Assembly: GCA_013239625.1 (NCBI GenBank)
Contig: MU053561.1
Coordinates: 994,826 to 1,058,825, forward strand
Source: Lama guanicoe
Lineage: Eukaryota
Direction of reading: 5' to 3'
DNA: 64,000 nt
Below the pieces are notes generated by a model that was not told the DNA's origin, made no database searches, and was given only the letters and a program-made list of their open reading frames with translations. Both the position numbers and the translations under genes were made by a program. Below are positions 40,191 to 51,727 of the stretch, in pieces (positions within the stretch are counted from its first letter, which is position 1; each line of letters opens with the position of its first letter).

Positions 40191-41405
40191 TTTCTCATCC
40201 CGTGTTTGTTTCCGTGTTCAAAGCATGCTGGAGGCTGAACCTTTAATGACATTGAGTCTTTGATCAACAAGAAATAGATTCAGAGATGACTGCCACCACT
40301 TCTTTGTGAAGTCTCTTTAAAAGGCTGAGATCTCAGGGATGACATTGGGTCCTTGCCTCTGGCCTGTGTGTCATTGAGAGAGGTGCTGATTGTCAGGTGG
40401 AGAATGTTTTAGGCAGCTGAGGGAGATGTGCTTTTAGCCTCCTTAATTGGATTATTGGCATGGGAATTGCAGGCTTCAGGTTACCGCCCCCTTTTTCCCA
40501 AATAGAACTTGGAGGGCATGGAGAGCTCAGAGACTTCATTCCATTGCTAAAGTCATCTAACAGGCTCATTTGAGTGTTTGGTCTCATCATAATTTTAGTT
40601 TAATCCAACTTGAGTTGTAGTTCATTCCCTTGAAGCTCTGGCCTGGGTATCAAATTTGGGCTCAGTCCGTACTCAGGTCAATGCCAAATGCTCTTGCTTC
40701 TGCCATATTTAGAATTACTCTATGAAAAGTTCCATTACCAGATTTTGCTAAGCTACCTGATAAAAGCTGACATCTCAGAATCAGTGTTCACTGCCGAGGT
40801 CCTCGGGAAACAGGAATTTACTTGACCCTGGTACAGAAAGTGCTGCCTGGGCTGTAAGCTTCTGATGTCTGCTATGATGTGCATGGAAGCCCTGGGGTAA
40901 CTGTGGGAGTCTTGATTTTAGACTTTGGGACTGAGGCAGGGGACCAAGGAGTGGCTGCTCTACCACTATCCGGTAGGAAATACTGCTCAGTGTAGTCGCC
41001 TCCCAGTCACTGGCAGAAACAAAAACAGAACCCAAAGTGACTGTTCGATTATCATCCGAGTTGGGTTTTTCTCCTATAATTGTATCAAACTGTTTTCTTC
41101 CTTGGGGTAAAATATGACAGCTGAGGTCCAGTCTTATGGAAGTGGCACTGTGCATCTAATCTCAGGAAATTCTACATCTCTTAATCTGACTCTGCAGGAA
41201 TCTTCTACCCCTACCCCTCATCTTCCACACCAAACCATCGTTTATTCAGCAGATGTGGCATAGCATTAGACTCAGTTGATGGGATTCATAGCCTAGAAGG
41301 GAAGACGGAACTATCATCACCTTCCTTTAAAAAAAAAACTTTGGTATAAAGAAAGTCTCAACTCCATATTATGACAAACACATTCCTCCTAAAATACAAA
41401 CTTCA

Positions 41406-41464
41406 AAATATGTGCCGTTCACTCTACAGGAATCATACCATAATAAAGTTGTTAAAAGATAAAA
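41406..41464 (+). mobile_element. 59-bp retroposed fragment with AATAAA and perfect TSD
   Basis: 16-bp direct repeat taaaatacaaacttca at 41390-41405 and 41465-41480. The insert ends aataaagttgttaaaagataaaa. Confidence 0.75.
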
Positions 41465-42104
41465 TAAAATACAAACTTCATGTGGCCAGGGATTTTTGTT
41501 TTTCCCCCGATGATGTCTCAAGAATCTAGAAGAGTGGCTGGCACATCCTAATGTTAAACCAGTAGTTGTTTAGTTGAGTTGGACCTGATTTTCCAACTCA
41601 TCTCTTATCTCCCCTCCTCTCTTCCCTTATATATTTTAAGCTCTTGCCTTATCAGTTTGCTTGTGATTCTGTAAAAAGTGACAAGTCCTTGCTTACATGA
41701 TTCCCACTACCTGAAATTCCATCCCCATAATTTCTTTGCCTGCTTATATTGAAGTCATATAAAGCTCATATAAATTTCAAGTCCACTCTCAAATGTCACC
41801 TCATGAAGTCTCCGTCACCCTCTTGTCATTGACTTGTTGGCTTCCCAAAGCTCCTGTTAGTGCTTTGCTCCTGCATCTGTCAGAGCAACTATCACAGTCT
41901 GTCTTCTTTAACAGTTTCTGTGTCCTTCTTACCAGATGGTGAACTTCTTCAGAACAAGAGCCTGTTTTATCTGTCTTGGTACATTAATATACAACCTGAT
42001 CTACACAAAGTAGAAATGTTTGGTGGAATAAAAATGGAACTAAATATAGTTTCATGTGCCTGCAATCCTTAGGAGGCAGAACTGATGTAATTTGGATTTG
42101 GCTG

Positions 42105-42225
42105 CCAATAATATTTGAAATGGAGATAATAATAGTAACTCTTAGATTTGTTCTATTAAATGACGTTTTGTATGTAAAGTCTTAGCAGAGTGCCGGATGT
42201 ATCGTAAGTGCTCAATAGATGCTGA
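42105..42225 (+). mobile_element. MIR 3' fragment
   Basis: aaatggagataataatagtaa...tgtaaagtcttagcagagtgcc...gtaagtgctcaatagatg. Confidence 0.7.
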
Positions 42226-45200
42226 TCATGAATCGGATGGTTCTTGTGAGCTTATATTCATCTCACTGTCCAAAGTCACTAAAATTGTTATCAGCAGTGT
42301 CATTAGATTCTGTTTTTATCGTAAAGATATAAATATAAACTTTGAGCAGGAAGATATCTTCCCGTCACTCCAATAGTAAAGCTAAGGAAATAATAACACA
42401 TAAAAATAAGTAAATAGTGAAGATATGGAAACTGAGGCTCCATAAAATGGGGTGACGACCTCCCAAGACCCCACTCTTTGTGCATAGCAGAACCCTGGGA
42501 GTAAATATGCTTTGTTAACTGTAGTAACGAATGATTCCTCAAAATCATTGGTTAAGTGGAAATGAAGATCACCTGGCAGATTGTGAAATCTATTTTAGTA
42601 ATGTCTAATTTTGAAATAAAGTCAAAGTACACATAACTCAGGCGTTTTCTTTACATGTTAACCAGAGCAACTTGTCATGGTGGGGTTGCTGCTGTTAAAC
42701 TTGGTGGTCTTTAAACCGTGCGACTAATCCACTCATTAAACATTAAACTGAAAAGGGACTTTACAGCACCCCTAATTAAATGTGCATGGGCTGTGCTATA
42801 GAGATTAACGAAAATGGGGGCCGGAATAGTTAAGCGACTTGACCAAGATCAAACATGTTAAGTCATTTCAGGAGTAAGGGTGGCTGAAATAGTTGAGGAG
42901 CCACAGAACTGCTGACTGCTTTGGCCAGGGATGAACCTAGTACAGTCTTGGGGAGACCTGGTCATGTGAATCAGGAGGCAGAATACCTACCTTTTAGGCC
43001 TCATTGTTTTCATTTTTTCTTAGTCTCAAGAAACGGACATAAAAATATATGCTATATCTACCTCATCAAATGGAAGGATATATTAGATAATATGTAAAAT
43101 ACAAATTAAGAAACTATTTTATTACTGCTACTATTTTGCATGAATTGAGAATTGGAATTCTCCCTAAGCTAAACTCAACTTTGGGAACTTAGCATTACAG
43201 TATCTATTCTATCAATATGAAATAGGGCAGAGATAGAAAATGAGTGACACTATGAACTGATGGTTAGATTGTCTTTTTTTAGAGATTTTTCTGGATAGCA
43301 ACAGATGTGTTGGCTTGACCTTGAGTCATGTGATGTTCTCCAGTCTTGTAACTGGCTTAGTACAGTTTCCCAAATTTTTCTTCTTTAACTTCCTTATTAC
43401 ATATAACTTTATCGTTTCTGTCCCTGATATACTAAAACTTCTCTTATTAACATACTATTCACAGGAGATGTATGATATCCAAGAAGTCTTTCCAGGTCAT
43501 TCAAATGAGTTCCTAATGGTTACATTTTGAAGGGAGGAAGTCACAAATTGCCAAGGATAAAAAGAACCTTGAAAACACAGAGGTGTTTTCTAATCTTCAA
43601 AAGACTGATTGCATTTCTGAATGGATGACCTGATTTGATTGAAATAACCAACTATGCATTTCTTCCATTCATGATTTGGGTAACTTGATTATCTGTTCGA
43701 TTAATAGCTAAAATAATTGATCTGGTTAGCCTAAATATTTATATAGCTATGATTTAGAAATATATTTTACAAAGGATTAAAGTTAATTTTTACCAAGGCT
43801 GGTGATCTTGACTCTGAGATTACTATTTTAAGGGTTTTGTAGGGTAGCTTATGTCACAAGTAGTCCTTAAAAAAACACTATATAAAGCATAATATTAATT
43901 TAATTTCTAACCTATGTTGGCTAAGAAACAACCAAGAATGGAAAATTACATGGTGTATTCATGTTGTTGAAAACATGGGCTGGTGCCTGCGTTTTGTACA
44001 CGAAAATCACTTGGGCTCTATTTTGTGAGGGACTGAACGTTTAGGAGTAGACTATTTCCAGGGAAACAAATACCTGTCTCTGAAAATCCTCTTCATGGGA
44101 AAACACTGCCTAGGCCTCCACATCTTGTCTATTTCTTTTTTAGTTACCATGGGTTCCCCAGGAATGTTCCAGCCCTCTCAGATCACTCTCTTTTCTGGAT
44201 TCCTCTGAGACATACAGGAAAACATGTAATGGTGTGGAAAACTGTATGGTAGTATTTGTCTTGGTCTCTGATTATTTATGAATGCTCCCAGTTTCCACTT
44301 GTACTATTAAATACCTTTAAAAGGAGCCCCATTGTGTGCGTTAGTATTTTCCAGAATCTAGCACAGTGCCAGGCACACAGTAAGCACTCAATAAACACAT
44401 AATTAATCAACACTAACTGGGAAATTTCTTAAGGTCTGGATTCTGTTTCAAATTATCCACATGGTACCTCATATAGGGCCACATGCCAATAGGTGCTTAT
44501 TGATGGATTTGATGGAAACTATAAACAGAATATCCACTCAATTCTTTAACTCCTATGATTATGTGAAGTTGGGCCCCCAGTATTTTTCCTCATTTAACTT
44601 ATCTCACCCAAAGAGTTTTAAATTTGATGCTTCTAATTGGGGTTGCCTGGGTTATCACTGAAAGTTGCATTGGAAAGGATTCTTATATTTTTCAAGCCAT
44701 TAGAGGTGGAAGAGACTGGAAAAGTTTTCAGTTCAGTCCTTCTAATTGTGCTATGAAGAAATAGGTCCATTGTGGCTAAGTGACTTGTCCAAGGTCATTC
44801 ATGAATCCATTTAATGTTACATTTTGGGTACCCACTTTATTCCAGATGACATAGTGAGTTAAGAGTAGAGTCTTATTTCCTAAATCTCTAGCCATAGTCC
44901 CTATTACAATCCCAGCCTCAGTTTGGCTACGTTTAAAAACTTGTCACTTTGTGCAGGGATATCTTGCCCTTCCTTTCCCCCTTCCCAAACACACATTGGA
45001 GAAATCACATGTCCAAAATTTTCTCTGGCCCCTACTTAGGACGTCTGTTTCCAGCTTTTTCATAACCATAGCACCCTATGGTAAAGAGATTTCATTAACA
45101 CTTTGCTCCCAAATGTAGGATAAGACTATTTTTCAAAAATCTTGCTTTGAGGAGTTTTTGAAAAACTCACAATATTAATGATAAGTGAGGATCTCTTGGC

Positions 45201-47086
45201 ATATCACAGAAACAAAATGGGATTTGGGAATACATGTCTCATAAAGGATCGAAATTATTGTCTGGCCGAGTGTATGATGACATAATGGCTTTGCTACTGA
45301 AAGGCATTTGGAATGAGGCTAGGATGGAGACTTGTCACTCAACATCAGCTCTCATCCCAGATAAGTAGCACCACATTTCTGTGCTTGAAGGAAACCAACA
45401 TTAGCTCCTGTTCAATCCAAGGTATAACATTATATGCTTTGACATGTAAAACCTAGTTACACAATTTTGGGGGGTGGTGAAGATGGTGACTGGACTAGTT
45501 ATTGTGATTAACTAAAGATTTGGGGTGAAACTTCCCTGTTATTTAGGAGATTGGCTCAGTTCTGTGGCCCACTGAATGTCTTTAGCAGTGAAGGGTGCGG
45601 AACCGGGGACAATGGGGAGAAACAGCACGTGGCTTCTGGTGGGCTTCTGCAAAGCTGTGGGGGATTCTTGCCAGAAATGCCGCCTGGGTTTGAGAGAGGA
45701 ACACATCAAGGCTAGAAGGAAAGACAATTAAAGGTGTCATGTGATGGGGTGTTCACAGACCTAGAAACCAGCTCCAGGTAGTGAGGGTGGCAGCAAGATT
45801 GCCTGGCGTTCTGTCCCCGCCCTCTTCCATCCTGCTGGTGTCAAGGACCGGTGCCCGAGAGGCCCTGACCTCTGACAGCACTGAAAAGTCAGTTGTCAGA
45901 GTAGGACATTGCTGTTCTTATCCGTTATTCATATACGCATTTATTTAAGCGGGACGCAATCTGAATCCTAGATGTTAAGGGCGGATTAGAGAAATGGGTT
46001 CTTAGGCCTGGCTTGCAGTCTCATGTGACATCAGAAAATTATATAGCTAATCCAAGCTTGGAAAATATTAAGAGATGTAATTCTTGGCATAGGGCCTCCA
46101 AAAGTAAAAGATGTGAAGTATAGAAAGTTCTCTAGCAAATCTGACTCCAGCCTCTGCGTCGGTCTGCACTGCCCTCCCCCTCGCCCCTTCTTCATGAGAA
46201 CGGAGGACACAGGAGGAGAGGACCGCCTGGCCCAGCATGCCAGCTTTTTATTTGGTTGCTCTCAATCCTACCTTCCTGTTTGGATCAGCCCTCCCCTCTG
46301 CCCATACTTCAGAAACCAATCAAGGTGTCTCTTAAACTCATGTATTCCCTTTGTGTCTACCGCCTTCTGGGGTAACTTTTTCCATATGCTTACATCCTTG
46401 CCTCACAACTGACTTGGTTTTTTTTTTTTTTTCCATCGAAAATGGCCTGATTGGACCTAGGAAAAAACATTTCCCCAAATGTATAACAAAATGTTTCTAA
46501 AGATTCCAAACAATTTTTCATTCCTTTTGATGACCAGGATCTATAAACAGAGAAAAACTTGCTGTGTTTAAAGATAACTGATCGGTGGGTAGTGATGCTG
46601 AATGGTATGGAATTAAAGAACACACTGCTGTTCACATTGACTCTTGGCCCCTCAAGTGAAATAGTCGAATCTAGGTTTTCAGCTGTAGTCTGTGATGATG
46701 ATTATTATTTTTAAATTTGGCATGTGTTTTTTTTGTTGCCCCAATTTGGCTTCCTTCCCTTCAACGTGGTGACGTTAGTTCTCTTTATATTGCCTATTGT
46801 GGACCAATTTTCTTCAGCTGTTGCCAAAACTTACTAAAATGCCAGATGTCATGTTGGAAACACGAAACCTGAAAGAAGGTTGTAAATCACAAAAACAAAC
46901 CATAAAAAAAAATAATAAAATACCCTGAGTGCTGTGCTTTGGAGCTTCCCAGTTTGAAGTCTCCTTTTGTTCACCCCTCTCCCCACTGCATCGTGCCCCC
47001 CACTCCGCCTCCTTCCTTTAGGGCCAAGGGTGTGTTGTGGGGTGCAGCTCAGTTTCTTACTTAAGGCTTCATTGTTTATTTTGCAG

Positions 47087-47300
47087 ATTCTGAGCAGAGC
47101 ACTGGTTCAGACTCTGAGGTGCTCACCGAGCGGACTTCCTGCTCCTTTGACACTCACACTGACCTGGGCTCTGGTGCTGCAGGCCCCGTGCCTGCTGCCA
47201 TGTCTTCCATGGAGGAGATTCAGGTGGAGCTGCAGTGTGCTGACCTCTGGAAGAGGTTCCATGACATTGGAACCGAGATGATCATCACCAAAGCAGGCAG
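47087..47300 (+). CDS. TBX15: TBX15 coding exon 2 (214 nt; N-terminal region and start of T-box)
   Basis: Acceptor ttttgcag| and donor |gtaagg. Translates (D)[70 protein letters not shown](R). [20 protein letters not shown] distinguishes TBX15 from TBX18/TBX20/TBX22. Exon numbering follows the human gene as recalled. Confidence 0.96.
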
Positions 47301-47984
47301 GTAAGGACAAGTTCCTTTGAATGGCCAGATTCAAAGAACGGAGAATGGACGTAGGAGGTGTTACAGTCTCCTTTTCACGTCTTTGTGGTTGATAGCATTG
47401 GTGAAGCCCAGGCAACCTGCACTCACTTTTCAGCATATGGATGTCTTGATAAAGTGATTTTTCTTGTGTTTACTGTGATTTTGCTATTTTCCTCCAAGGA
47501 CCACTCAAACCTATATCACCTCTACCCTCACAAACATTTTCTGCCTGCAAATGTAGTCCAGCTAATATTGGAGATCCATGGTACATAACAGCCAAACAAT
47601 AGATTTCCAAAGCAAGTGTTACTTCACCAGCCAATGTTTTTAAGAGAAAAAGCATGCATTGTCTAAGGCATTTAAAGCAGCTGGGCATTTTTGTAAGAAT
47701 TTTGTTTTTGGTAAAAATTGGGCTTGGTGCATTTTTGAAGCCCTGCTTATTGATCCATTGTGGTTTATTGTTGGCTTGAAATTATGACTTTAATGGGACC
47801 TGGTGGAAACTCATGCAAAATAATTTATATAGGATGATAAAGGTTTTTAAAACACGGCTTCTCTTGAAATAAACACTGTGACTTGAGCTACTCCTTTATT
47901 GATATCTTTCAATTTTACATAGTTTTCTGTTTTGTGCTAGCTATTCAACATATATTATTTAAATTTCCCTGGGGTTGCAAGAGA

Positions 47985-48130
47985 TAGGATAGGATAATCC
48001 CATGTAGAGATGAGGATGCAAAAGCTGGAAGAGGGTAATTAACTTGACTAAGGCCACACAGGTAGTAAAGGGCAGCTCCAGAATTCTACACATATCTATC
48101 TGGCTCCAAAACCATTATCTTAACTATTTA
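47985..48130 (-). mobile_element. MIR relic in intron 2
   Basis: agatgaggatgc...aacttgactaaggccacacaggtagtaaagggcag...tctggctccaaa. Confidence 0.7.
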
Positions 48131-50399
48131 TAACTCTGCACTGTTAAGAAATGATTATAGTTTTTGCCCCTTGGGTTTAAAATGAAAATGATTTAAATAA
48201 AAATAAACTTGGAGTCAGTTTTTGAGTACATACAAATAGTTAATTGAAATTGAAACAATTATACTGCTTTCGTATTTACAAAGTCACTCCTCATAGACTC
48301 ACATCATGGAGACCAAAAAGACTCGCCTCACTGATCTTGAACTGTCCTCATGAACATGGACATTTAAAGTAAAAGCATATTTTGATTGGGTCCAGTCCAC
48401 CTGAATGCATATAGAGAAACCTCCCAATACAATAATGTATCACAAAAAGATGAGCTTAAAATGAACCTGAAGTCTTGTTCATTTTTATCCTCTTCTGTAA
48501 CCCTCTTCCTTCTCTAAGTTTTAGTAGAGAATAAAGCCATTAAAAGGCTTCCTAGGATGAACAACTTTGAAGGAGAATTACTTTCAAAATTACTTTTCAG
48601 AATTACTTTCAAAAACCATCTCTTTTTTGCTGCGTGAGTTTCAGTTTTCTCCCGTTCTACATTTGGAGATACTATGGCTTGGGGGAAAACAACAATTCAT
48701 TATTATTATTATTATTTTGTCTGCAAGTTTTTTTTCTTGTCTGTAAGATTTTACCATTTCTATTTTGGGTTTTAACTTACTACTATTGGGTCTATGTATT
48801 TGGGTCACTTTTGTTCTTGATATCATTCCCTCATTCCCTGCACTTCAGAGAGTTCAGTTCATCTGAGCACCTTCTGGACAGCTCTCCTGTGGTCTCATAT
48901 CATGATTTCCTCTGCAGTAGTTTTCTTTTACATATCTCTGCCTTCACAAATTCACTTTGGTACCTGAATATATCCAGATATTTCCAGCACAGACATACAG
49001 TTTGCTCTTTAATCATATCTCTTTTTGTAGGTTTAGAAGCTACACTCATTGTTTCTGTGTCAGGTTGCTTCAGCTGTTGCTACCTGTAACTCTGCTCAAG
49101 TAATTTCGGAACAACTCAGAACCATGCAAAGAAAACTTCCTCTTCTATGTATTGTCTTCATCCCCTCCCCATTCCCCAAGTTGACGCCTTATCTTTTACT
49201 TCATTTTTCTTCCTGTGTAGTGTCCTTTTCAATTTTAATTCCAGTTTACATTTTCTTAGTTGCATTAGTTACATATGATTCTCTGTTCATTTTCCCTCTC
49301 AGAAGATCCTAACCACCATCTACTTCTCACATTCCAAACTGTAATCCTGTTGATGCAGAACTGCTATAGTTTACATAGCCTTCAGTCTTCGAATGTACCA
49401 ACATAACCTGCATGATCAGCACCATGGACAGAGGTGCTTATAGAGATTAATGGGTTTGGAAGACAAAAGAATTAGTCTAAATTTAGGCATTAAATTAAAG
49501 CCAAATACATTTCATTTTGTGAATATGAAAGATTGATTTTTCTCTAGGGTGTTATGATGTTGCTTGATATTCTGTGCTAAAATACTGACAAAAAGAAAAA
49601 AGCAGCTTTGGTAAGATTTTAAGAAGAGAATTGAAATATCGTCATAGAATTTTAAAGCAGGAGGTCCTCTTAAGGATTATTTCATTTCTTTGGTTTGTTT
49701 TGTATATGAGGAGGTTAAATGACTTATCCTGAGCCACATAGCTCATTCGTTTTAGAACTTGAGTACTGGAGAGAGACAGGTAGCTTCTCTAATCAAGATT
49801 ATAAAAGTTCCAGACAAAACAGGTATTGAATTTAAAAACATCTAACCTCTTTTCTTGAAGTCACCAAGAAAATAGATTCACCTCTTTCAGTGTAACGCAG
49901 CCTCTCTAGAGGAACCATATTTTCTTATCTTGACTAGCAAGGGAGAGGACTTTCTCTCCACCCCTGGCAAAATGCTCTCCAAACATAAATATACAGGGCA
50001 ATCAGAAGTCACTAATTATTAAGAAGGGAACTAATGATCTATATTTACATATATAGACCAAGGTTCCCAAATTTTTGGAATGAGAAAATGTGCATCAAAG
50101 TGCCTCACTTATAGTGAACATTAGCTTTAGTCATTATGAACAGTCCACCATCAAATTTCACTAGCCCACCATAAGACTAAAATATAAGACTTTCTAATTA
50201 AACTTGTGAGGGTAGAGGAAGGAAATCTAAAACGATATACCAATAGAAGCTTCTACAATAGAAGAAAGTGGGAAAGAAGAATTGGTAATATATTATTTTT
50301 TGCAAATATTTAAGAATTAGTTATCATCCCTATTAAAGGTTTATGGTCCCTCTTATGCTTTCCCCCAAATATGGTTATGATGTCACCAACCTACTACCA

Positions 50400-50624
50400 G
50401 AGGACAGTTGCTTTTTGAGTGGTTTCTGATGAGCAGTGGAGTGTGTGACTAGCACAGAAAACCCCTCATGTAAACAACCAGTGCACATTTGCAAGATGGC
50501 TGTCTGGGGTCAGAGTATGGTCTATGGCTGTGAAACGGAGCAAAGCCAATTAGGCCATATGTGGATCAAGCCTGTGACCTTGACCTCATTAGCACCGTGC
50601 TCTGCCCAGCTCGACTAACTGGCC
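50400..50624 (-). mobile_element. tRNA-Ile(AAT)-headed ancient SINE (MamSINE1-like)
   Basis: The reverse complement of 50553-50624 is ggccagttagtcgagctgggcagagcacggtgctaatgaggtcaaggtcacaggcttgatccacatatggcc, collinear with vertebrate tRNA-Ile-AAT but with degraded A/B boxes. Extent of the body is approximate. Confidence 0.7.
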
Positions 50625-51625
50625 CCAGATGGTTAAGCTTAAGGCAGCATTTTGTGTACAAGCACCCTAGAGCACATTCAGGGCAATCCAAATTTTTGAA
50701 CCAAGCACTTTTTTATGTCTGGCTCCTAAATGAATGACATGCAAAAGAGCTTGATGTTTTTCTTTTTTCTTCAGGTTAAAGAAGAATGGTGAATTTTATT
50801 TTAGTCTCCTTGAAACTCAATACCTCTTTTAGGCTACTCACTCTCCTCCTCTTCAATTATGAGAGTAGTTGTAAAGTGCCATATCCTGACCTCGCTTGCT
50901 TTGGCAAGTTTAACAAGCCATTGTAGTAGAAACAAGGTATTGCCCAGAGGCCACTTCATTTGGTATTTGCTCCCTATTCCGCAGGGTCCTTCCTTTGACA
51001 CACACGTTGACAGCCTGAGAACTTGCAGAAATTTTTCTACAGTTTTATGCATGAAAAAAAAGCTTTGGTGGTCCTTTGTTTGGGAACTGGTAGCACCTTC
51101 CTTTTTTTTTCCCTTCTTTTCTTGAGATGTTGTTTTTAGAGTGGTCATTTTCAAGTAGACTCAATCAAAAATATTTCATGATCACTACAATCAACTGTGA
51201 TAAGCTACTTGGGGAAATAAAAAGACTATAAGTTATTCAAATCTATTAAGTATAAAAGTATAAGTATATTTACCAATGTTGTAGTCTAATAGGAAATGTA
51301 TATACACACATTTTATCTGTCTATCTAGCTCATATTAAAAATTAACTAATAATATAAAGCAAGGTATGGTATGAGATCTTTGAGGGTATAAATAATCAAA
51401 AGGTTCAATTTAAGTTAAGAAGAGGTGCTATTTTAGCAATATAAATTCTCAACATATTTGACAGGGATAATTTCCAAAGTGAAAAAAACCTAGCCAACTT
51501 TGAGAATTAGAGGACATTGGACTTTGCTGCACTTAGCGTCAGTAATAAGAAGAGACTCTTCAAGCTTTTGCTGCTTCTCTCCCTCTGATTGCTGAGCTTC
51601 CTACCTTGTTCCTTATTTTTCGTAG

Positions 51626-51727
51626 GAGGATGTTTCCTGCCATGAGAGTGAAAATCACTGGCCTGGATCCACACCAGCAGTACTACATAGCAATGGACAT
51701 CGTACCTGTGGACAATAAAAGATACAG
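51626..51727 (+). CDS. TBX15: TBX15 coding exon 3 (102 nt, T-box)
   Basis: Acceptor ttttcgtag| and donor |gtaatg. Phase 2 matches the previous exon. Translates (R)[33 protein letters not shown](R). Confidence 0.96.

Larger units (their letters stand above)
1..47086 (+). other. TBX15: 3' part of TBX15 intron 1 (exon 1 lies upstream of the window)
   Basis: Exon 2 starts mid-codon after a splice acceptor. No CpG island and no ORF resembling the TBX15 N-terminus was seen upstream. TBX15 is known to have a very long first intron. Confidence 0.8.

Noticed and set aside
48574..48614. Three tandem copies of an aattactttc-type unit
   Set aside because: Short AT-rich slippage duplication with no further structure.
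50553..50624. Functional tRNA-Ile gene
   Set aside because: D-arm, anticodon stem and T-loop are mutated; treated as a SINE head or pseudogene.
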